DNA from: a virus
Length of the DNA stretch: 39,694 nucleotides
Reading direction: 5' to 3' (one strand)
IMG/VR virus record: IMGVR_UViG_3300045988_158434
Span: 1-39,694 of that record
Part shown: positions 1 to 7,156 of the stretch, piece by piece
Layout of the letters: each line of letters opens with the position of its first letter
Numbering within the stretch: position 1 is the first letter of the stretch
Program-made: the position numbers and the translations under genes
Notes under the pieces: generated by a model
What the model saw: the letters and a program-made list of their open reading frames with translations, nothing else
The model's database searches: none
What the model was told of the DNA's origin: nothing

Positions 1-510
1 GTAGTCGCCGAGTTCGCAGTCGTCGCCGAGTTTGCAGTAGTTGCCGAGTTCGCAGCATTCGCCGAGTTCGCAGTCGTAGCCGAGTTTGCAGTAGTTGCCG
101 AGTTCGCAGCCGTCGCCGAGTTTGCAGCCGTAGCCGAGTTCGCAGCCGTAGCCGAGTTCGCAGTCGTAGATGAGTTTGCAGTCGTTGCCGAGTTCGCAGC
201 CGTTGCCGAGTCTGCAGTAGTTGCCGAGTTCGCAGTAGTCGCCGAGTTTGCAGCCGTCGCTGAGTTCGCAGCCGTAGCCGAGTTTGCAGCCGTCGCTGAG
301 TTCGCAGCCGTAGCCGAGTTTGCAGTCGTAGATGAGTTTGCAGTCGTTGCCGAGTTTGCAGCCGTTGCCGAGTTTGCAGTAGTTGCCGAGTTCGCAGCCG
401 TCGCCTACCTCAATCCCTCTTTGGGCAAATTCTTCCTCTAATTCGGAAATGTTGGTATACTGAAAAGCTGCCCAACCTATCCCATTGACTTGCAAATAAA
501 CAGTTTTCAT
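1..510 (-). CDS. N-terminal part of the wrap-around gene for Cys-periodic hexapeptide-repeat protein A (253 aa total; continues at 39391..39639)
   Basis: ATG (reverse complement) at 508-510. Translation MKTVYLQVNGIGWAAFQYTNISELEEEFAQRGIEVGDG is followed by 22 in-frame 18-bp units giving the hexads C[E/K/R]LG[N/D/Y][Y/G/D]. The ORF is open to position 1 and is not in the ORF track because it crosses the window edge. Confidence 0.6.
   Translation of the reverse strand, partial: MKTVYLQVNGIGWAAFQYTNISELEEEFAQRGIEVGDGCELGNYCKLGNGCKLGNDCKLIYDCKLGYGCELSDGCKLGYGCELSDGCKLGDYCELGNYCRLGNGCELGNDCKLIYDCELGYGCELGYGCKLGDGCELGNYCKLGYDCELGECCELGNYCKLGDDCELGDY
2..397. repeat. 22 tandem 18-bp units (5-nt variable spacer + gccgagttYgcag) inside gene A
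   Basis: Direct reading of the sequence. Units differ only at the 5-nt spacer, at ttc/ttt/tct, and twice at gccgag to gctgag or gatgag. Confidence 0.9.
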
Positions 511-527
511 TATCTTATTTTTTATTA

Positions 528-809
528 TTACACAAATTGATACCCGACATAACAATAGCTTCCCCAATTCTCGGCCCCATTTAGTAATGTTTCCTCGCAA
601 AGTTCCGGAACCTGTTCGCCGTTGTTTTCGCAGTACTCGCAAATTTCCTCGTAAGAGTCAAGAAGATCGAGCGCGAAACCATTGACTCCCCGATCCCAGC
701 AAGATCGAGCGCGCAAATAATTAAGACGTGTACGAATTTGATTTACTTCGTCCCTCCAAGAGCTGGAGAGCTTCGCAGCAGAAGCCGCAATATTTTCTGT
801 TTGTGACAT
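528..809 (-). CDS. hypothetical protein (Cys/acidic-rich, 93 aa)
   Basis: ORF with an ATG start, positioned in the early leftward operon. Confidence 0.4.
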   Translation of the reverse strand: MSQTENIAASAAKLSSSWRDEVNQIRTRLNYLRARSCWDRGVNGFALDLLDSYEEICEYCENNGEQVPELCEETLLNGAENWGSYCYVGYQFV

Positions 810-946
810 GGTAGTAAGTTTTTTTTACCTCTCCTACCCTACCCTATCCTACTATTCAAAATAATGCTAATTATAATTCAGTCGAACTTGAATTGATATT
901 ATGTTAAATAGTAGGATGTGGTAAGATTATCAGGTATTTTAATTAA

Positions 947-1222
947 TTAATTATAATAATAAGGCGTAGCGTCGATCTGATCGCCATCAATTATGTAGTC
1001 GTTATTCTCGTCGTCGACTACCATTTTTACCAATTCCACGCAATATACATCCCGCCAAGCTTCATCGCTATCCCCCCATTCCGAAATATCGGCGGGCTCA
1101 AACGCTGACAAATATTCCTTTTTTTTGTTGAAAAAATCGCGTGCCTTAGCTTCGTTTTCACTTGAAAAGACGGAAACCGAATCGGTGTAGCCGGCTTCAT
1201 TAACAGTAAACAAAGTTTTCAT
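947..1222 (-). CDS. hypothetical acidic protein (91 aa), first gene of the leftward operon
   Basis: ORF with an ATG at 1220-1222. It sits directly next to the control region. Confidence 0.4.
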   Translation of the reverse strand: MKTLFTVNEAGYTDSVSVFSSENEAKARDFFNKKKEYLSAFEPADISEWGDSDEAWRDVYCVELVKMVVDDENNDYIIDGDQIDATPYYYN

Positions 1223-1235
1223 TGTAGTAAGGTTT

Positions 1236-1262
1236 TAATTAGGGGGGGCTGTTCCCCCTTTT
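1236..1262. other. GC stem-loop (ggggg-ctgtt-ccccc) followed by a T-tract, lying in the 5' leader of the leftward operon
   Basis: Inverted repeat followed by ttttgcttta. Confidence 0.3.
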
Positions 1263-1691
1263 GCTTTATACAAAAATACAACACAATCACATGTTTTCCA
1301 AATTTTAATGCAAAAAATGCACCCAAATGCAATAGAAATTTGTTATAACGAAGCGAACAGATATAACGCTTTGTTATGACAGAAAGCGGCTTTACAAATG
1401 TAACCGAATTGGGCGCATTTACGCCTGAAAATCACATATATACAGAAATGACCTGAAGCACGAACACTATTGAAAATCGGATAGTATATCGGAACTGGAA
1501 TCGCCCCCAGATATTTTTTTTTATTTATACAGAAAAAAGCTGAAACGTTGGAAGTATAAGAAAGTTTTTGCATAGACATCAGCCCATGGCAGAATGTGAA
1601 CGTATAAGCTGCTGCCGGTTCTCTATGTTGTCGAGTGCTGATTGGCCGAGAATCGTAGTAATGTATACAGTATATATTCTTACTGATCTGG

Positions 1692-1836
1692 GCGCGTGCG
1701 TGTGCGTATGTGCGCCCGCGTATATATATTCCTTGTAATACGCGCGTGTGTGCGCGCAGGAAAGCTTTTGGCTTTGATTGTATATCAAGATACAGCGCGC
1801 ATGCGTGTGCGTGCGTCGTGCGCGTGTATACGTGTG
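1692..1836. repeat. three blocks of alternating purine/pyrimidine (CG/CA/TG)n, Z-DNA-prone and quasi-palindromic (1692-1730, 1737-1758, 1786-1836)
   Basis: Direct reading, e.g. gcgcgtgcgtgtgcgtatgtgcgc, cgcgcgtgtgtgcgcgca and gcgcgcatgcgtgtgcgtgcgtcgtgcgcgtgtatacgtgtgcgcatgtg. Confidence 0.85.
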
Positions 1837-2190
1837 CGCATGTGAATAGCATTTGTATTGATACTTGCAATAGTGAAATTGTATAGGCAATAATTATGTG
1901 TTGTTATTACTTTCCTGACGCCAAGAACGAGATACAGGTATAGATAGATCGTTGGTAAACAACCGCCCCCCGGTTCCACCATTGCTAATACTAACTATAC
2001 ATCCGGGGGTTTGTAAATCCGGGGGTGGTGTTATTTTTAGCGATGAGTTATTTTAATCGCATATATGTTTGTTTATTAGCGATTTTTTGCTATCTTTGTG
2101 GTTGATAAATCGTACATACTCACTCGTATACCCCAATTTATCATCTCACTTCAAGGCAGGTTTTCCCGTAGTAAGGTTTTTTCCTGCCGT

Positions 2191-2234
2191 ATCCTCGAAC
2201 TCGGAATATGTCCCCGGATTCGAGGATTTTTTTG
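2191..2234 (+). terminator. intrinsic terminator-like hairpin (atcctcgaa ... ttcgaggat) plus T7, 57 nt upstream of the first late gene
   Basis: 9-bp stem, 19-nt loop, then ttttttt at 2228-2234. A second 6-bp hairpin (ggcagg/cctgcc, 2156-2188) precedes it. Confidence 0.5.
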
Positions 2235-2261
2235 TTGTATGATTTATTAAAATTATATTTG
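2231..2261 (+). promoter_or_regulatory. candidate Bacteroides-type late promoter (TTTG-N19-TATATTTG)
   Basis: -33 TTTG at 2231-2234 and a -7 TAnnTTTG match (tatatttg) at 2254-2261. The ATG is at 2291. Confidence 0.3.
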
Positions 2262-2290
2262 TGATATTCTCATAAAAAAAACCTATATTC

Positions 2291-2641
2291 ATGGGGAGTT
2301 TGATGGATAAGTTGGTGGAGTTGCGGAGTGTGAAGGATGAGGTTACGGTATGCGAGGCGGAGGTTAGCGCAAGCAGTGGGAATATGCGATTCGATGCGGC
2401 TAAAGAGGCATTGGATAGCATGGGCATACTTCGGGATTTGGAGGCGATACGTCGGCAGTTGACCGATCCGTCGACGCAGATGGGAGATTTGGCGAAGCTG
2501 AAGTCGAAACTTGATGCCTACATGAAGTTCGTTAACATTTACAAGAGTGCGGGTAGCATTGTGAACAGCAAAGGTATAAGTTTGGGGGACAGCGACAGTG
2601 ACGACAGTTTTCAGGAAGTCAGCATATCTCTGAAGCGATGA
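2291..2641 (+). CDS. hypothetical coiled-coil protein, possibly the small terminase subunit
   Basis: Sits immediately upstream of terL and overlaps its start (ATGA). No motif was recognised, so the call rests on position only. Confidence 0.3.
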   Translation: MGSLMDKLVELRSVKDEVTVCEAEVSASSGNMRFDAAKEALDSMGILRDLEAIRRQLTDPSTQMGDLAKLKSKLDAYMKFVNIYKSAGSIVNSKGISLGDSDSDDSFQEVSISLKR

Positions 2642-4020
2642 ATATCAATTTAGACATACCGCTTAATCCGAAACAAGTGGAAATGTACAATCGTCTGAAC
2701 GACGATAAGTACAACGAATGCCTGTTTTATGGGTCGAGCCGGTCGGGCAAAACATTTCTGATATTATTCTGGATGATATCCCAATCTGTTATTCGTAAAG
2801 CCAACTGCCTGATTTTAAGAAATGTTCTTACTTCATTGCAGACGGGTATGATCCGTCAGACATTGCCTGCCGTTCTGAAATCTATCGCTTCTCACAACGG
2901 GCTGAATAAGGTAGAGGATTTGGTTGCGCCGAATGGTAAGCGATTTTGCGTGTACGACAAGAAGGAGAATATACTGCGCTTTTTCAACGGGGCATATATT
3001 CAGTTCGGGGCTATACGGGGATCGTCGGACGTATCGAGCACATACGACAAGATACTATCCACTGAATGGGGCCATATCTTCGTAGACGAATGTTCTGAAG
3101 TAGACGAGTTGGCTATCGACACCTTGCGGACGCGACTGGCGCAAAAGCTCGACGTGACCAATAAGATGATCTATGCGCTGAACCCGACAACCAAGTCGCA
3201 CTGGACATACGTCCGCTTCTTTAAGAGGGAAAATCGGGAGGGCCTGAAGCTCGAACCGGCCGTGACGGATCGATTCTTGGTCGTTCATTTTTCGGTGCTG
3301 GACAATCGAGAATATCTTTCGGCGGATTATGTAAATACCCTGTCCCAGCTTTCCGCCTTGCAGCGCAAGCGTTTCCTCTCGGGAGAATACAGCGACGAGA
3401 GCGAGGGAGAAATATTCGATCATATACCTTGGGGGCCTGTCCCGAGCCAGCTTTTCGACTGCCTGATATATACGGACCCGTCGGCAAAAGATAACGAGTC
3501 GTGCGACTACAAGGCATCCGTGTTGCTGGCGTCGGCCGCCGATAAGATATACTTGCTGGGCGTCAAGGCCGTAAAAGGGACTTCGCTGCAAATGATGTAC
3601 AATATCTTCGAGCTGTTCAAGATGTCTCCCGTTCCGCCGCGCATCGTCATGGAGAAAAAGCAAGTGCCTCTCGACTTCGACACGACTTTCGCCCGATTCC
3701 AAAGCGAGACCGGATGGAACTGTCCGCTGACGTGGGATACTCGCAATAACGGGAATAAGTTTATGAATATCGAGTCCACGCTCGAACCCCTCTTTCGCAA
3801 CGGCCGCTTCATCGTCAACGAGGAACTGAAGGGCTCGCCCGAGGGAGAATTGCTCGTCGAGCAGTTCATATTCTTTTCCCGCAAATACAACAAAAACCGA
3901 AAGGACGATATTCCCGACGCTACCGCAAAGGGCGCGTCTCTGTTAAACCGTGAAATGACATCGATGAAATTCACGCAATGGCCCATGTTCTACCGAAGGG
4001 GAACCCGAGTAACTTTTTGA
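2638..4020 (+). CDS. terL: terminase large subunit
   Basis: Walker A GSSRSGKT, Walker B FVDECSEVDE, and a C-terminal nuclease-like region (CLIYTDPSAKD...). Confidence 0.85.
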   Translation: MNINLDIPLNPKQVEMYNRLNDDKYNECLFYGSSRSGKTFLILFWMISQSVIRKANCLILRNVLTSLQTGMIRQTLPAVLKSIASHNGLNKVEDLVAPNGKRFCVYDKKENILRFFNGAYIQFGAIRGSSDVSSTYDKILSTEWGHIFVDECSEVDELAIDTLRTRLAQKLDVTNKMIYALNPTTKSHWTYVRFFKRENREGLKLEPAVTDRFLVVHFSVLDNREYLSADYVNTLSQLSALQRKRFLSGEYSDESEGEIFDHIPWGPVPSQLFDCLIYTDPSAKDNESCDYKASVLLASAADKIYLLGVKAVKGTSLQMMYNIFELFKMSPVPPRIVMEKKQVPLDFDTTFARFQSETGWNCPLTWDTRNNGNKFMNIESTLEPLFRNGRFIVNEELKGSPEGELLVEQFIFFSRKYNKNRKDDIPDATAKGASLLNREMTSMKFTQWPMFYRRGTRVTF

Positions 4021-4024
4021 CGCT

Positions 4025-4441
4025 ATGATACTTTCTCCCATGTATTTTGAAAAAGACCAGCTAAAGCAATGGCTTAGCGCACAACAGATAGCGCAGTTCG
4101 AGGGCATGTACTCCGACATCGTACAGACAGCGTACGAGAATGCTTTGGGACTTCTCTATTCCGAGGTAGGTCACATACTCGATCTGGATACCATGCTTTC
4201 CGAGACGAATCCCGACAAGAAGGATCCTACGCTGAAATGGGTGCTGCTCGTGATGACCGCCTTCAACATCGCATCCCCTTCGCTCAATGTCTCCGAGCCT
4301 CTGCGATACAACTACGAAAAAGTGCTCGCAAAGGTGAACGAGCTCAAAAGCGGCATGAGTTCGATATACGAGGCTCCGACCAAGAGCGAGCCGAACGCAC
4401 TCCCGCAAATGGTTTCCGTTCGAAACAAGTACATCGGATAA
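4025..4441 (+). CDS. hypothetical protein
   Basis: ORF between terL and the portal gene. Confidence 0.4.
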   Translation: MILSPMYFEKDQLKQWLSAQQIAQFEGMYSDIVQTAYENALGLLYSEVGHILDLDTMLSETNPDKKDPTLKWVLLVMTAFNIASPSLNVSEPLRYNYEKVLAKVNELKSGMSSIYEAPTKSEPNALPQMVSVRNKYIG

Positions 4442-4477
4442 ATCCAACTCGTCGATAATTCTTACAACTTCTCCCCT

Positions 4478-5848
4478 ATGGCTAAAAAATTCCATCCGTC
4501 CTCGCCGAAGCGGTTCCACCAACCGAAGGTGAACCCGTTCTCCGTGCCTAAGAAAGTGGGAGTCCCCAACCTGGTATCCAGATACCTTTTCAACGACTAC
4601 TACGTCGAATATACCCCGCAATGGTGGCGCGAGGCTATCGACCGGGCCATCAACTATTCCGATCTGACCTACGTCGATTCGATGTACTCCTTTACGATCC
4701 AGTCGTCCCCCTTCCTGTGCTCGCAGATCAACAAAAGGCTCGTCCCCATCAAGAAGATGAGAATCGTTCTCGAAGTAGACGGCAAGGAAGATATTCGGCT
4801 TACCGAACTGATCGTTCGCACAAGGTGGTTCGATCAGTTCAAGAGGGCATGCAGCCTGAGCAAGTTCTACGGCGTGGTCGTATTCGGCATAGACCCCAAA
4901 ACCGATTCGTGGCAGTATTATCCCATGCGAAACGTCGATCTGGAGAACAGGGCCCTCCGGTTCGGAACCTACGAGTATATGAATGTCGTCAATGTGGACG
5001 AATACGACAACATATTCTTCTTCAGACCCGAGACGGATCAAGATTTCGGCATGGGACTTCTTCAGCCCATTTCCCGAGCCATGATAGGAATCGTGGAGGC
5101 ATACAATAACTGGAGCATCCTCGGCAAGCGGTTCTCCTACCCTACTATGGTTATCGGATTCGACAACAACAACACGATTGCCCAGCAATTTGCGTCCGAG
5201 CTCGCCCGCAAGGTCGATATTATGGAAACGCCGATCATCCCGTTCTTCTATGACTCGGCGACAGGCGGTAAAAGCAAGTACATGGTCGAGGTGAATCCCG
5301 TGCAGACGCAGTCCTATCCAGATGCTTTCCGAGTATTCAAAGAGTACATATCCGAATACCGGTCCGAAATCATGCAGCTCGTAACGGGCGGCACGTTGCT
5401 CGGAGCTACCGAGAAAAATACGAATTCCGAGCAACTGGCGTCCATTCACATGGAATTGTATCAAGACATTATCGCCGACGACAAAAAATCGGTTCTCTCG
5501 GTGCTCAACGAGGGCGGCGCACTCAAGAAAATAGCCCGCTTGTACGGCGAACCGGCTCTCGAAAGGGCCCGAGCGGTCGAGGTGCCGGACCTGAGCATCC
5601 CTATCGACAAGGCCGAAATCATTATGAACGGCGCGGCCAAGATGGGAATACAGCTATCCGCCAATTTCTTTAAGAAAATCGGCCTCGAAGAGTCCGACAT
5701 CAACACGAAAGTCCGTAATAACTCGTGGAACGAGGTCCTTTCTGCCAAAATCGGCTCCATTTTCGGACGAAGCGGCAACAAAAAGACGACTCCGGACCCC
5801 AAAATCCACCCCATCGACCCGAAACAAGCCAAAAATAAGCTGTTATGA
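4478..5848 (+). CDS. putative portal protein
   Basis: 456 aa, immediately downstream of terL. The call rests on gene order and size. Confidence 0.5.
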   Translation: MAKKFHPSSPKRFHQPKVNPFSVPKKVGVPNLVSRYLFNDYYVEYTPQWWREAIDRAINYSDLTYVDSMYSFTIQSSPFLCSQINKRLVPIKKMRIVLEVDGKEDIRLTELIVRTRWFDQFKRACSLSKFYGVVVFGIDPKTDSWQYYPMRNVDLENRALRFGTYEYMNVVNVDEYDNIFFFRPETDQDFGMGLLQPISRAMIGIVEAYNNWSILGKRFSYPTMVIGFDNNNTIAQQFASELARKVDIMETPIIPFFYDSATGGKSKYMVEVNPVQTQSYPDAFRVFKEYISEYRSEIMQLVTGGTLLGATEKNTNSEQLASIHMELYQDIIADDKKSVLSVLNEGGALKKIARLYGEPALERARAVEVPDLSIPIDKAEIIMNGAAKMGIQLSANFFKKIGLEESDINTKVRNNSWNEVLSAKIGSIFGRSGNKKTTPDPKIHPIDPKQAKNKLL

Positions 5849-6075
5849 CCGAAAAACACCTTTGGATACTCGTCGTATCGATGCTCGTATCCGCATTTTT
5901 CGCCTCGACCCTATCGCTGGGATGGATTTCAGCCATCATAACGCTCGTGATCGCCGTGTGCTACGCCTTTTTCGAGAAAAACCGAAAGCCCGAGACCTCG
6001 GCGAAGGATATGTCGCTCTATGTCTACATTGCGCTGGCCGGAACAATGGCCATGAATGTCCTCGTAAGCTGTTAG
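5845..6075 (+). CDS. small membrane protein (2-3 transmembrane helices)
   Basis: Hydrophobic segments WILVVSMLVSAFFASTL, ISAIITLVIAVCYAFF and YVYIALAGTMAMNVLV. Confidence 0.35.
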   Translation: MTEKHLWILVVSMLVSAFFASTLSLGWISAIITLVIAVCYAFFEKNRKPETSAKDMSLYVYIALAGTMAMNVLVSC

Positions 6076-6081
6076 GCACGC

Positions 6082-6552
6082 ATGGCTGACATCGGCGATA
6101 TGATCCGAATGCTCGAAAGGGTAAAAAAGGCGCGCAATAGCTCCGTGCCGCCCAAGATAGCTACGCTGATGCTCCAAGAGACGCGCGAGAACTTCAGAAA
6201 AGAAGGGTATACGCAGGACGGAGGCATCAAAAAATGGCCCCAAAGAAGCCACGAATACATGCTCAACTATCCCATACTGGACTATACGGGCCGCCTCAAA
6301 AGAAGCCTTACACGCGATTTCTCGCCCCAATTCGCCCGAATCGGAGCAAACGCCTACTACGCGCAGGTACAGCAAGAGGGAGGACGCGCGCATAACGGAT
6401 TCTGGAGCCGCCGCCCGCCCTACTCTACCGAGCCATTCTCCAGCCGCATCGGCAAAATCATTCCCCGCCCCTTCTTGGGCGTCGGTAAAAAAACTTACGC
6501 GGGTGTGCGTAAGATATTTACCGAAGAAGTCAGAAAAGCTATCTACGGATAG
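6082..6552 (+). CDS. putative virion morphogenesis protein (Mu gpG / P2 gpS-like)
   Basis: 156 aa; ...ENFRKEGYTQDGGIKKWPQ...YTGRLKRSL resembles the Phage_tail_S family. Its position matches the Mu order. Confidence 0.4.
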   Translation: MADIGDMIRMLERVKKARNSSVPPKIATLMLQETRENFRKEGYTQDGGIKKWPQRSHEYMLNYPILDYTGRLKRSLTRDFSPQFARIGANAYYAQVQQEGGRAHNGFWSRRPPYSTEPFSSRIGKIIPRPFLGVGKKTYAGVRKIFTEEVRKAIYG

Positions 6553-6622
6553 CATTTTCTTATAATAAAATTTGTTATCATAAAAAAAACATATAATTTA
6601 GTGTCGAAAACCGTGCATCTCG

Positions 6623-7156
6623 ATGATTGGAACGCTTACCGACACATTCGTAGCCGCTCTTAGAGAGGCTCCCGTCGTGACGGAGAACGGTGTAAACGTC
6701 TCCGTGATGAACGACGAGGGGCAGGGACTGGTCAATACGCCCCTTCCGGCCGTCGTGGTGCATGTGCGAAACAGCAACAAGCCTACGGTATTTATTCGTG
6801 GGGGCATTTGCGATTGGTTCGACGTCTCGCTGAACGTACTTGTCGATTTCGATAACTACTCCGTGACGCCGGACGGCGGAATCCAGACCAAAATGCGTAA
6901 CATGGCCTACGAGATCCGCCGATACATCGAAAAGGTGAAAAGAGGCCCCCTATTCAGTACGCTGATTGACGAATACGACTTTTTCCCCCTCTATCGGGGA
7001 ATCGAAACCTATCAAACGGCCGCTTTCGTAGGTACTGTCGGAAAGGACATCGATGTGTTTCGCATTCTGTACCAATGCACGGCGCTCGACAAACAGAGCT
7101 TGGAGGACGAATACGTGATGTTCGATTCCAAGCAGATAAATTTGGTTCGAACATGA
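6623..7156 (+). CDS. hypothetical head-module protein
   Basis: ORF that overlaps the downstream start (ATGA). Confidence 0.4.
   Translation: MIGTLTDTFVAALREAPVVTENGVNVSVMNDEGQGLVNTPLPAVVVHVRNSNKPTVFIRGGICDWFDVSLNVLVDFDNYSVTPDGGIQTKMRNMAYEIRRYIEKVKRGPLFSTLIDEYDFFPLYRGIETYQTAAFVGTVGKDIDVFRILYQCTALDKQSLEDEYVMFDSKQINLVRT

Noticed and set aside
1-415. CRISPR array (regular short repeats)
   Set aside because: The variable parts are only 5 nt, the period is exactly 18 bp (6 codons), and the array is an in-frame coding sequence with start and stop. No leader or cas genes were found. The same applies to 35215-36065.
1343-1982. Three overlapping - strand ORFs (175, 103 and 65 aa) inside the control region
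   Set aside because: Their translations are low-complexity (RAHTHA..., YLYLYL) that directly mirror the alternating purine/pyrimidine DNA. No start context, and they overlap one another.
4061-5464. 467-aa antisense ORF opposite the portal gene. Similar long antisense ORFs lie at 7786..9141, 3055..3702, 9919..10575, 7012..7740 and 5929..6555.
   Set aside because: They sit on the opposite strand of well-supported structural genes. In GC-rich coding DNA the antisense frame is often open. No motifs, no operon logic.
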